Assembly: GCA_905178155.1 (NCBI GenBank)
Contig: CAJINV010000001.1
Span: forward strand, 10,720,311 to 10,784,310
DNA length: 64,000 nucleotides
Source: Amoebophrya sp. A120
Lineage: Eukaryota > Protista > Dinoflagellata
Direction of reading: 5' to 3'
Made by a program: the position numbers and the translations under genes
Notes under the pieces: generated by a model
The model's input: only the letters and a program-made list of their open reading frames with translations
Databases searched by the model: none
Told to the model about the DNA's origin: nothing
Shown: in pieces, positions 28,960-40,443 of the stretch
How the letters are laid out: the number at the start of each line of letters is the position of its first letter
How positions within the stretch are numbered: the first letter of the stretch is position 1

Positions 28960-31266
28960 TTACACACTAGTGCGGTGCGGCCTCGGCAAATTGGCAAGCT
29001 CTTCAACGGTGAGAGCACCGGCATGCTGTGCCTCGCGGTCACTCCCTCGACTTTCGTCCGGGAGTTGCGGAAGGAGCCACTGTGCGGATAATTCTTCTTC
29101 ATTTAGTTCATGCCTCTCTACTCCCTCGTCGCAAGGTTTGCTTTCCTCCCCGAGCATCTCGTTTCCATGCGCGTCTTCCTTGTTCTGCTTTTCCGCCTCC
29201 CCGAGCACCGCAAAAGTGGTGGCGGAAACCAGCAACAACAGGCTGGAAAACAGCAGCGCCACCTCCTGCAGCCAGTTGTTCGGCACGTTCTTCTTGAACA
29301 GGAGCCGGTCGCCGAGGTAGTAGACCAAAATCGGGGTTAAAAACTTCAACAACAACCGCACCACCGTCGACCTTCGTTTCACCACCAGGTCCCCGCACCA
29401 CTGGGTCGCGACGGTCAGGAGGGCGAACAGGTGGATGCGCCAGGCGCCGAAATCCTCGTCCCCCTTGTCGTACCAGCCCTGGAACAGGTCGTCCCAGGAC
29501 CGAATCCGCGGACAACGGAGTTTCTTGACGAGGAACCTTTCCCACTCCGGGTCGTCGTGCTTCCAGGCGAACAGGATTTCCGGAACGACGAACAGAAACA
29601 GGGCCAAAAAGACCAGCGCCGGCGCCTCAATGTGAAATTTCTGCACGAAAAACCAGGAGTCGGCGGTTTTCTTCAGCCCCTTCTCGCGGTACAGCGTGCC
29701 CAAAGCGAGGATGCAGGACGCCACGAGCGCCAGAACGATCGCGATTGTGAATTGCTGTTGGGGAGTAGTTTCATCTGGTTCATCCGCAGAAGTAGACGAG
29801 AATGATTGGTGCAGCCCGGCGAGATTGTTTCGACTGTGCGAGCGGCGTGGTCTGCGGAGAAAGCTGTCGCTGTTCTTGTTGCTGGCATTTATTCTAGTTC
29901 TGCCTGCTCCACTATTCAACAACATCTGCTCGTCCCGCGGCCCGTCGTGGATGGTCATGTTGCTGATTTGAAACAACACAATCCCGAGCAGAACCAGGCC
30001 GGCGAACACGTACTGCCATTTCGTGAATTTTCGCTTCAGGAAAACCACGGACCCGATCATGACAAGGAGGAAGGACGAGCGGCTCAGCACGGACAGGACG
30101 CCGGGGCTCCCGCGAACCAAAACCAGTTGAAACGTTTCCAACGCGTTGAAGACCGCAAACGCGATGGCCACCGGCATGTACAACCAAAACCCGTCGTTCC
30201 ACATGAAACATTGTCGGAGGAGGTACGGGGAAGAAGCAGCTTCTTCGGCCTCGTTGTCCTCGCGGCTGTTGGTCGCTTCTGGCCTCTGTCGCGTTTGCGG
30301 ATGACCAGTCTGGCATCTTCCTTGCTGGCCGGCGGAAAGGTTTTCCGGAATCCGCTCCGCCTCGGTTTCCACTTCTGTCCCCGCGAGCAGAACTTCCATG
30401 TCATCGTCCACGAGAATTTCCGTTAGGCGCTGTTGCTTGCCCGGTTCGGAAGTGATAGTGGTCCCGTCTACCAACAAAGCACTGCACGCGTGTTCGCCCG
30501 CAGTAGTGTTGTTCGGAACGCCTCGTGCTTTGTTCCCTTCGGAAAATAAACTAGTCAATAACCCTGCATCTTCTTTCTCGCCCATGCGCTGTTCTTCCGG
30601 AGACCAGTTTGCTGCGTTATCGCGATCGACTGAGCTCGGCGTGTGCAGAGATAGCCGCCGAGGCTCGATGTCGACCAGAACCACACTTACACCCCCGCGC
30701 CGCTCCGGCTGCAACGGTGCGTTTCGCGAGGCATCGGGATCGGCGGAGTCAACAGCATGGTCCGTCTTTACAGTATTTGCCGGGGCGCAGCAAATCGGCC
30801 AGCTTTTCCCCGAGGTGTAGTTCTCACGACCCTGGTCTCTCGGCTCGGTCGCGGCCCCGGAGCGCGTAATCGACTGCTCGTGAAGATGTTCATGATCCCT
30901 ATTTTGTTCATCGTCTTGCACGCGTTCCGTATCTTTTTGCGGCTTGGTACCTCCTCGACCCCGCCGCTCCGCATGAAGCCGCTTCAAGTCGAAAAACGCA
31001 GCTAGCAGCAGGGAAAACAAAAGCGATTCCAGGCCGACTACTATGTGTAGCGTTTGCGCGCTGCGGAGTCGGGGGGTCGCCCACGCAGAACCGATTTTAG
31101 AGACCACTTCGCAGACCAGATACACCGCGGCAAGGGTGAGAAAAAGCGCGAGGGGAGAAAACTTCATGCTGCTTGCGTTCGCATCCACAGTAGATCGTTG
31201 CTGTTTGGTATCGTCAAATCGAGTCGGCGCCGGACCAGTCGAGGAGGTTCGGCTCGAGGATGGCAT
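28960..31266 (-). CDS. Nucleotide-sugar transporter (SLC35A/DMT-like) with long hydrophilic loops
   Basis: 768-aa ORF with about 9-10 hydrophobic segments, and motifs YMPVAIAFAVFN, VFLKRKFTKWQY, LGTLYREKGLK, LFQGW and LVVKRRSTVVR. Confidence 0.75.
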   Translation of the reverse strand: MPSSSRTSSTGPAPTRFDDTKQQRSTVDANASSMKFSPLALFLTLAAVYLVCEVVSKIGSAWATPRLRSAQTLHIVVGLESLLFSLLLAAFFDLKRLHAERRGRGGTKPQKDTERVQDDEQNRDHEHLHEQSITRSGAATEPRDQGRENYTSGKSWPICCAPANTVKTDHAVDSADPDASRNAPLQPERRGGVSVVLVDIEPRRLSLHTPSSVDRDNAANWSPEEQRMGEKEDAGLLTSLFSEGNKARGVPNNTTAGEHACSALLVDGTTITSEPGKQQRLTEILVDDDMEVLLAGTEVETEAERIPENLSAGQQGRCQTGHPQTRQRPEATNSREDNEAEEAASSPYLLRQCFMWNDGFWLYMPVAIAFAVFNALETFQLVLVRGSPGVLSVLSRSSFLLVMIGSVVFLKRKFTKWQYVFAGLVLLGIVLFQISNMTIHDGPRDEQMLLNSGAGRTRINASNKNSDSFLRRPRRSHSRNNLAGLHQSFSSTSADEPDETTPQQQFTIAIVLALVASCILALGTLYREKGLKKTADSWFFVQKFHIEAPALVFLALFLFVVPEILFAWKHDDPEWERFLVKKLRCPRIRSWDDLFQGWYDKGDEDFGAWRIHLFALLTVATQWCGDLVVKRRSTVVRLLLKFLTPILVYYLGDRLLFKKNVPNNWLQEVALLFSSLLLLVSATTFAVLGEAEKQNKEDAHGNEMLGEESKPCDEGVERHELNEEELSAQWLLPQLPDESRGSDREAQHAGALTVEELANLPRPHRTSV

Positions 31267-32083
31267 AGTTTATCAAAATTTTCTATTTTTCTACGCTACT
31301 GCTCTTGATTTTGTGCGACGTTTCTCTTGAGTCAATAAATGAACATCGTTCTCGATACTCCTGAAAAAAACCGGTCTCTTGATCACGCGCGTAGCACTTC
31401 TATCCAAAGCTTGGGGTCTGCATTTTCGGCCACAAGGCCGTATGCGTAGCCATTACGGCGATAAAGTCAGAAAGAAACTACACACCAATGACCCTGGAAA
31501 ACAAAAAGGTAAAAATCGGTGAACAAAAGATGAATGAGATCCTAGAAAAGTGATTTTCGGGTGGACGGTCTTGAGCTCTTTTTTTGGCGACGAAGGATCA
31601 GTGCAGGATTTCCTTGTGGAATGTGCGGTGATGGGCCTCATAATGAGGCAACAGCTAGGCCGAGGGATCACGGATTTGACATCCGGCCAGATCTGCATTC
31701 CGTGATTTGCTATGCGGTCGTCGCTAGGTCATTTAGGTTTCGATCTGTTCAATTCACTGATGTGATAGATCGATTCTGGTGGCACACCATCCGTCTTGCT
31801 TGTCTTGCTATCGATCCCAGAACTGCATCGCCTCCGAAAGGCACTCGCTTCGCTTTCTCTGGCAAGTTTTCTGTCGCTCTGTGTTACTTACTCGCGATGT
31901 ACTTTCAAAATGAGCGTGGCTATCTGAAAAGATGAGGAAAAGAAAACAGTTAAAAATCCGCGTATTATTACACTTTGCTCAAATTCGTGACACTCGACCC
32001 TGCCAAGTTCTTTTGCAGGAGCTCTGCTCCTTCGCCGAGATACTATATCTTTTATGCATTTCCCCGCCGCCATCAACAGACCA

Positions 32084-34060
32084 CTACACCTTCGTCTCAT
32101 CCACGTAGTCGTCGGTGTGCGTGATGTAGAAGACCGAGGCGGCCAGACTCGCTCCTGCGACTTCGCTCATGGTGTAGAACAGGGAGTTCATGAATTTTGC
32201 CTCCGTGATATCATTTGTAAAAACGTCCCCAGCCCAGAGTCGTCATGCTAAACACGGTTGTCATGCACATTTGCAGTAGCAGGGACATTTGTAATGCGCA
32301 TCGCCAGGAGAGGCATTTCTAGTCGTGTTTTGGCATTTGTAATGCTGTAAACAGGATAAGATGGTGGATTTCTGATGCGGCTGGCCTTGCTACCCTGCAC
32401 GAGACTACGGACTGCACCTTGTGATGCGCGACCCCCAAAAGTTGTAGGTTTGTGTTGCAAAGTCCCCATCTGGACTATGGGGTGGGGACGTTTTTACACA
32501 GGATACGTGAAGATGCTGTGCGCCGTGTCGAACCCGATCGCGACCGCCGGGTTCAAGACTCCGGCTCCCACCGCCGCCCCGGCGAACCCGCCCACCGTGA
32601 CGCAGCTCCCGATCGCGAGCCCGAACATGTCCTTCGATTGCGCCTTGATCGACGTGGCCACGGTCAGGACGACCAGGCAGAGCACGAAGGTGAAAAACGC
32701 CTCCGTCAGGGCCAACTGCGTCCAGGACTTGGTCAACGGCGGCGCGAGGCCGATCGTGTGACTCGGGCCGAGGATCCCGACGCACGTGCACGCAGCGGCG
32801 ATGGCCCCGAACACCTGGAACAGCATGTACCGCATGGCGTCGCCGGGGGGAAGGAGGTTTCTTCGGGAGAGCAGGACGCTGCACGTCACCGCAGGGTTTA
32901 AATGCGCGCCGGACACACTGCCCAGGGCGTACACGAGTGACATCAAGGCGGCGGCGATGGATAGGGCGGCGGACGGGACGCTCTGGGCGACGTTGAGGCC
33001 CGCGGTCAGAGTGAGGAAGAAAGCCCCGATAAATTCGGCGACGAGTTTTTCCGATAAACCCGCTGGAGCGAGAGCCAGGTGCGAGGGCGCGAGGTCGAGG
33101 GGTCGGCAGTACTGGAAAGTAGTGATTTTTGAATATAGCGATGAGTTGTTTGAGTAGAGTGCAAATAACTACAGGCTGTTATACACCCGGAAGAAATTGC
33201 AAATTGGCTGCGAACAGTTCTGAATTTGATATACAAGAGTAGAAGTAACAAGGAGTGGTACTTTGTACAACCCGGCCGCGAGCGCCGCGCCGCCAAGCTG
33301 GAAGCCGATGTAGGCCAGAGATGTGTATAGGCTGGCAGAGGAGACGTCGATCGCAAGACTGATCGCGGGATTCAGGTTAGCGCCGGAGATCGCACCGGCC
33401 GCGAAGCCGCCTGCTACGATGGTGTAGCCGATTGCAAGCCCGAAGTACTGGTTGCCCGCATTGGCCTTGGCGCACGCCGTGTTCAGCACAACGAAGCACA
33501 GCATGCAGGTGAACAACAGCTCGCAGGTACCCGCGGCCCAGATGCTGTGGCCCGCTCCTGGCTCAAGTTTGAAGCTCGTACCGTGGATGGCGAACGAAAA
33601 GGCTGCCGCGAGGAGCCCACCCAGAGCCTGAAGTTGGTTTGTGCATTTTTGCCATTTCCAGGAGAATAATTCACGTCACTTCTACAGGTGCGGTTTGATA
33701 AATGAGACTCCAGTGGAAGCAGGTCATCGTCTTGGATTTGTGAACCAGCGAGCGCGGCACTCATAAAACCGATTGTCCTTGAGAAAATTTCCGTACCTGA
33801 GCCGCCACATAGTATATCGTTGTGCTCCACTTCTGTTGCTGGCACAAGCTAATCGCCACGCTAACGGCCGGGTTGAGGTGGGCGCCGCTCGCTTCTCCCA
33901 ACGCATAGACCGCGACCATCAAAGTGCTTGCGATCGAGAGTGCCGCAAAGACGGGCCCCGAACCGCCCAGGACATTGCAAAACACGGAAAAAGTCAGCAC
34001 GAAGGTGCCGAAGCACTCCGCGACCAGGCGCGATAGAATTGTTGGATCTTCACGCGCCAT
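32084..34060 (-). CDS. Tandem (double) aquaporin/MIP with four NPA boxes, 4 exons
   Basis: SGAHLNPAVS, SGANLNPAIS, SGAHLNPAVT and GVLNPAVA lie in one frame across two GT-AG introns. The last helix (EAKFMNSLFYTMSEVAGASLAASVFY) is restored by removing 32209-32505 plus one TSD. Confidence 0.9.
32209..32505. mobile_element. TIR intron/introner, family B (TAAAAACGYCCCCA), in the aquaporin gene
   Basis: TATCATTTGTAAAAACGTCCCCAGCCC ... GGGGTGGGGACGTTTTTACACAGGATA. Exact TSD CGTGA at 32204-32208 and 32506-32510. No AG-ending register exists (best is GT..AC). Confidence 0.92.
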
Positions 34061-34099
34061 TCCGGCCCAATCGTGGTGTTCGCGTGCGGGCAGCAGGGT

Positions 34100-36980
34100 C
34101 TAGCGAAAAAACACCGCCACAATTCGGATGTTATTTGGGGACGAGCAGTCGCGCCATCTTCGCTCTTTCAACTGGCAAGAACCGAGAGCGCCGGCTGTCA
34201 AACTATCTTGGCTCCATGTTGGCAACCCACCACGGTGGCGAGAAACAAACTTCAGTACCCGAAGACGGTCGTCGAAATGCAGTAGTGTACAAACAGCGAG
34301 TGGCACGAACAAAAACACTACCGCCGCGGTCGCACGGGGCGCAGAAAGATTTGGCGTGGCGCGGCAGAAGCACTTCCTCGCTCAAGTTTGGTGCGGGGAA
34401 CGGGGTGGAAGGGGGCCTGTTCGTGCGACGCTCTCTCCGGCTCCCTACCCTTCCCCGTCGCGGGGTTATCGGAGCAGCCGCGCCGCCCCAGGCCAGCTGC
34501 CCAAAATGAAATGCCGCCGGGCCGGTTTCCGGGGCGGCGCAAGCGCCCGCCCTTGGTACGGCTTATTCTGCGCCGCAGCGGAGGGCGCGCGACGGCCCCT
34601 CAGCGCCGGCCGGGCGACTGACGAGGCCACGCGCGCCGGGGGCATCTGACGCTGGGACAGCCGCGGCGCGGGCGGTAAAAGGGCGCGATGTGCAAAGGGG
34701 GTGCGCGATCCCGGCGGCGCGGGGCCACCGTGGGGCCCGCAGTGGAGCAGCGGGCGTCCTACTTGGGCGCTCTTCTGTCCTTCGCCGGTGCCAAATAGGC
34801 TTGTTCGGGCGGTGCTCGGCCCTAATTGCATGAGCGCCAGAGCGGCTATAGGGTACGGCGTCGTTCCGCGAGAATAAAGCCGCAACGCGGGGCGCCCTGC
34901 TTGCAATTTTGCGCCGCCTTGCGATCGGCTTGGAATAGTGCTCCCCGCGGGGATATCCAGCCTGCCAATGCGGGATGGGCATATAGGCCTCGCGATATCC
35001 ACCGCTGGCCTGCGGGGGTCTTTGGGGCCCGGGCCCCGCGGTCTGTGTCTAAACTACCGATGCGAATGGTTATGCCTATGCTGATACACCCTCTTACCGG
35101 ATCCGGAAAGATAGTCTTTTTGTGATTCTGGAAAATTTCAAAAAAATCGCATGTTAAAGAATGCGTCCGAAACTGGTGGGAGATACCAGCGACGGAGACT
35201 CTGGACATCGTTGAACGCATTACATAGATTCTTCTCATCTCATTAGGGAAGATCTGGCCCTTTTTTACTTCGTTCAAAAATATTTTTTTCTTCGAAGATT
35301 TGAGGTGTGGCGTTGTTCGCCAAAAATCTGGCACATATCATCATTGTCAGATATTCACTGCGCATTTTTTTATTTTTTCTTGATCTGCATTGACAGTTTT
35401 CGTTTCTTATCAGATTTCTTATGTTGTTTTCAAATTTTCCAAATTTCCAAAAAAAATCCACCATGACAAATAAGGTGAAAAAGTTCAAAAATGGACAAAA
35501 ATACAAGACAGAACGGTAAAAGGTGCACTGTTGTGCAGCATTGACCTTGTTCCGAAGAGCAAAAGGCCTGTTTTCCTAGCATTTTTCCACATTTTTCAAC
35601 ATTGGAAAAAATCAAAGAAATTCCCGAAAATGCAAATTGTCCAGAAATGCACTAAAGTCGTTTGCAAACCACCAGGAAAGCGATCGGCGTTCGTCGGGAG
35701 TGTCTTAAGTTGCGACTTGGTGCGTTATTAGTGCAACTCTGCCCACTTCAAAAAAATTCCGAAAAATTCGAAAAAAAATCCGCTGTGGTAATGAGCATAA
35801 AAAACGTCATTAATTAGAGTTGTGATAAGTTGCATTGGAGTGAAATATGCAAATTACTTGATCAAGAAGAGTTTGAAGTTTTTTGATAGGCAACTTTTTG
35901 AATTTTTTTCGAAATGCAGAAAATCCAAAAAAATAGAAAAACTGGACATGTGGTGTTTCGCCTCAATTACTTGGTATAACTTTACAAAGATTTGTATGGA
36001 CAGCCTCGATTTGTGTCCTCTTTACATTACTAAGAGCAAAGCACGTCCGTGGTAGTGCAGTTTCTCACATTTTGCAAAATCTGAAAATTTTGAAAAAAGT
36101 CTCCACGTGGTAGCCATTCAACCAGATCTGACCTGGGGTCGCGTTGCCTGACGTCTGGCCAGTAGGTGCGTGACCCCCTCTCATCGGCCGAACCACATTA
36201 AATCCGCCGCAGTGGATTACTGGTCATTTTATGAAATCCGGAAACCCACAAAGATCGCCGACCCCTACCCTGCCCAACCAGATCAGATCGATCCTCATGA
36301 AGTCACGGGGGGAGCGCAAGCTGGCGCCCGGCAGATTGCGCGCATCCCTTTCCGGCGCGCCTTCCGAGCGATTTCTTCCGCTCGGGTGGAGTGGCTTTGT
36401 ATTTGGGCGCTTTTCCGTGGGGCCAATGTTTAGGATAAGTAGCAACCGGCCAGACATGTGCGACCGTGTTCTGGTCTTTGCGTGGTTGATTTGGCCCGCA
36501 CTGCCGCAGCGCCAGCATCGACAGATGCGGGACCCGTCGGTGCGGGCGCGCGTTCGGCCGACTTCGGTGCGTTTCGCAGTTCATACGCCCCCCAACCCTA
36601 CCCACGCGGTCTGTGCCCCGCGGGCCGCGTTTGTCTCGGGAGAAGGGCCCGCGTGGCCCAGTGGAACGTCGGCGCCAGCGCAAAAGAAAGGCCGCCGCGC
36701 AATTCTTTCTTTCGGCCTGCCGTGGTAGCGCCGGCTTTGCTAGTTTTGTTCCGGTGGCACCCCCCCCCTGCCGCAGCCGTACTGTGCGAACCCGAGCGCG
36801 AAGCAGGCGCGATGCAAACATCAGGAGCGATTGCGGGTAAAGTTTCGAGACGCGCTGCACTAACGGGCGATGCGCCCCGGCAAGAATAAGGCCGGCCAAT
36901 GCTCAGCATCGAGCTTTAGGGGTCGCATCGTAGGAGCTGCGTAGCGTTTAAGAACCGGGCCTCCGCCCGTGCGATCCAGG
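34100..36980. other. Divergent strand-switch region: GC-rich flank, AT-rich periodic core, GC-rich flank
   Basis: All called genes to the left are minus and all to the right are plus. GC-rich non-coding DNA at ~34320-35050 and ~36130-36960 surrounds an A/T-tract core at ~35100-36110. Confidence 0.65.
35110..36105. repeat. Degenerate ~160-bp periodic A/T-tract array
   Basis: A motif like GAAAATTTCAAAAAAATC recurs near 35131, 35441, 35604, 35761, 35919 and 36084, with a weaker unit near 35276. TAGTGCA precedes the units at 35761 and 36084. Confidence 0.5.
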
Positions 36981-36983
36981 ATC

Positions 36984-39842
36984 ATGTTTACGCCCGAGCT
37001 ACGTTCCCTGCTCGAGAGCACCGCGGGTCCCGCGCAAGGAGTTTCGAGTTGCGTGCCCGAGCTCGTTGCGCTGCTGGAACAGCACCGCACAAGATACGCC
37101 GACGCTGCGGCGCTGGAGCAAGTGTCGCGGGATGATCTGAAGAAAGGCATAGCGGTTCTCGCGTCGTGGTGTCGTAACCACGAAGCTGAACTGGCGGAAA
37201 CGGCCGACGTCCAGCGCGCTGTTTGTGCGCTGTTCCAGGCCCTTCTCGGCCGGGACACGGATTCCGACATGCTGGCGCTGAACAAGGGAATGTTGACCTG
37301 CGTCACCGATTGGATGAAGCTTGCGCAAGCACACCGTCCCGTGGCCGAGAACCAGGCGCAACAGCTGATAAGTCTTGCAACCGTGCTTTCGCAGCCCCGG
37401 GACGCGGACAAGATCGTGCAGACCGCTGGCACTGTCAAGGTGTTTGCTTTGCACGCGGCATGTTTTTACGAAAAACGTAGAAGTGCCTCTTCCTCACTCA
37501 CGCGAAAAAAGTCTTCTTCGCCGGTATGATGCACTGCTATTTTGTGCGAGTGCGCTGGACAAGAGGTAATAACTAGATACAACGACAAAAATTATCCGCA
37601 AAGGAAATTCTACGAAAAGAAAAACCCCCGCGGATTATTGCAGGTCCTCCTCGAGTTCCTGCGCATCGACCACGACCCGAGCATCCCGAGCAGCGGCACG
37701 CTGGCCGTGCCGCTCCCGGTGCTAGAGGACGCGATCACCGGGATCGCGCTGCTCATGGTTCGGAGCCGCCACAAACGCGTGGTGAACCAGAACGGGGGCA
37801 TCCCCCTCATCGTGCATTTGCTGAAGCAGCGCGCCGACCTATTACAGTGAAAAATGCCCCCACCCCCAAAGTTGCAAAAATTTGTGATGCGAAGTTTCCA
37901 AATGAAAACTTTTTGCCATGCATGAAGGGAGCATGAATCTTTCTTATGCAGAGTCTAGGCCTGTATCGCATCGCTTGCATGACAAGCGCCACTCTTGCTG
38001 GGGTCTTTTGCAATACAAATTTTTTCTATTCACAATTGGAAACCTGTGATGCGGATAGATGCAAGAGGGCAAATGTTTCATTTGCAAAGGTTTGCAATAC
38101 AAACGCTCCCAAGTTCGGGGGTGGGGGCATTTTTCATTGTAATACGACCTCCCCGAGATCGTCGTGGCCGCGTCGCGGTTTTTGTCCAACTTCCAGGACA
38201 AGCCGGAGTACCGGGAGGTCGTCTTCGCGCACGGGGGCCACGTCGCGCTGCAATCGGCCTTCACGACCGCGCCCCAGCACGTGAAGGCGCGGCCGGATGC
38301 GCCTTTCCAGCTCCTGAGAATACGCACGGCCTGCGTCGAGGCGCTGTGGAACTGCGTGATTGATAACGAAAAGGTGGTGGAGGTGATGTACATGGACGCA
38401 TTTCTCGACGTCTTTCTCCCACCGTGCTTACAGGAGTACCTGCAACAGCTGGAGGAAAGCAATTTTTACACCAAGGAAGACGATCTCGTCGCCGACGAGC
38501 ACAACACGGAATCCGAAACCGAGCAGAGCGCCCACTACGTGCTAGAGAAACTCGCCAGGCTGCAGGAACAGCACGAAATGTTGAACAGCGGTCCGCCCAC
38601 AATCGACAAGGAATCTCTCCTCCTTCTGCCCCGACTCTTTGCAGCTTCTTTCGCAATTCTCCGCCGTGTCGCGAAGTCCCCGAAGTGCAGAAGTATCTGC
38701 GTGGCCTTGCCTTACCTCGACATGGCGCAGAAAACCCTGCGGTTTTTCCCCCAGGAATACGACCTCGCAAAGGAGATTGCGGGGATGCTGGGAAATCTCT
38801 CCCTGGACCCGGAATGGCGAAAAGACGTGCTCAACATGGGTTTTGTGCCCGCCCTCGTCGAGTTTTGCGACCACGCAGAGGATCGCAAACTGGCGAAGAT
38901 TTGCTTCTCCGCGCTGGCCAATCTCGCGCACGACAGCACCTCCCGGCAGATGATTCTACAGCACGGCATCATACCGGTCCTGCTTCGCGTGGTGCATGCA
39001 AATTTGCGGAACGAGATCGTGGTGGAGGCGGCGCTAAATTTGATCTCCCATTTGGCACCGGACCAGGTTTGCGCAGACGAGTTGAGGATTCACGCCGGCG
39101 TAGAGATGCTCTTTGTGGTCCTGCAAGAGCACGGGCAGGACCTGCAGGTTGCAAGAAGGTACCTAGTACTTTACTCACTTACTTCGTACCTCATCTTCTT
39201 CTATGCGGAAATATGAACACGACGTCGAGACCTGTACGGGAGGTCGTGACTCTCTTGAAAATCAATGATAAACGAAAAACAAGAATAAACGCACGATTTT
39301 CCGCAGGTGTTTGATGTGCCTCCGTCGGCTCGCGGTCGCCGACGTGAACAATCGAATGGTGGAGAAAATCAAAAATCCGCACAGCGCGAACACACCAAAT
39401 AACTCCACTTCGCAGCAAGCCGGCTCGGACCAAATCGTTGCTCTGCTCAAGTGGCACTTCGTCGACGCCACCTGTGTGAAGGAGATCGGGTTGCTGTGCG
39501 GATTGCTGCAGATCCCGGACGCGTCTCTGATGCCGTTTGCGGATTTGCTGCTGAAGGTGCTGGAATTCCACGAACACGAACCGGAAGTGATGAAAATTAT
39601 GGGCGATTTGGTGTCGATATCACATCACAGAAAAAAGCCGACCTCCGGGCATGATAATGCAAAAATATACTAACAGGAAAATCTGTCATGGGCGAGCTCA
39701 TGCTTTTTGAGATATGCGACAGAGATTTTCTTGCGTACCTGTCTTTGCATACACAAATCTGGGTTTTGCAAATCTGGTGCCCCGGTGCCGGCTTTTTTCC
39801 GTGTGATAATCCAGACTGCCGATCGCGGACGAGGCATTGTAA
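36984..39842 (+). CDS. Armadillo (ARM)-repeat protein, 5 exons
   Basis: Repeats NGGIPLIVHLL...SRFLSNF, HGGHVAL...EALWNC, GMLGNLS, MGFVPALVEF...SALANLA and HGIIPVLLRV...NLISHLA. Frame is continuous after removing two GT-AG introns and two TIR insertions. The last junction is less certain. Confidence 0.82.
37840..38144. mobile_element. TIR intron/introner, family C (TATTACARTGAAAAATGCCCCCAC)
   Basis: Near-perfect TIR of about 27 bp. Exact TSD CGACC at 37835-37839 and 38145-38149. Removal gives RADL-PEIVVAASR. No GT start and no AG end in any register. Confidence 0.93.
39618..39808. mobile_element. Older TIR intron, family E (TATCAC..GAAAAAAGCCG)
   Basis: TATCACATCACAGAAAAAAGCCG ... CGGCTTTTTTCCGTGTGATA. 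Flanks GTCGA/ATCCA are a degenerate TSD. The frame resumes as LPIADEAL*. Confidence 0.7.
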
Positions 39843-40443
39843 AACGGGATCGGGTCGTTTATATTTTTCGACTTATTTTTTGTATTGTTGACATGACCTG
39901 CTGGTCCAAGAAAACATTTTGCAATGTAAAATTCCACCGATTTGGATATACTGAAAGATTCGAACTTTTTGAAGAAGTAAGTACGGTCTGTGTTTCCAAC
40001 AGCTACCACACAATTCAATCGCAACCTCGACCTGCTCGGTTTTTTCTGTCCGCCAGACTTTTTGTTCTTACTCGTTGACCAATTTTCTTTCTTTCGTCGG
40101 GACAGCGGAGAAGTGAGAGGCGCTTTGTTTTGATGTATGAGATTGATATCTTTCGTAGACGAGAGTTGCTCTTGCTGAGCGGTCGGAAAGGGAGAGATCG
40201 CTCGTGGCACCACTGTACCGTCGGGACTGGACTTGTACTTGAAGGAGGGTCGCGAGAGAACTGCACTGCAGTTTTGCTTTACCAGATGGAGAGCATGTTT
40301 GGTTTCGTTCTCGATTGAGGCGCGCGGACGTGGAAGTTGCTCCTGGTGAGCATGAACGGACTTGATTCATGACCAGCACTCCAAAAAGAAGAAAGAGTCC
40401 GACCGCAGGGATCAGCGTTTTTTTGGGAAAGAGTTTTTGAATC

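Noticed and set aside
31445-31454. CGTAGCCATT, resembling part of the dinoflagellate spliced leader (similar partial matches near 1796 and 36110)
   Set aside because: Only about 10 nt match, the TTGGCTCAAG end is missing, and two of the matches are on the opposite strand to the adjacent gene.
34330-36975. TCGCACGGG / CCCGTGCGA as TIRs of a 2.6-kb element
   Set aside because: Only about 9 bp match in GC-rich DNA, there is no TSD, and the right copy abuts the ARM gene start.
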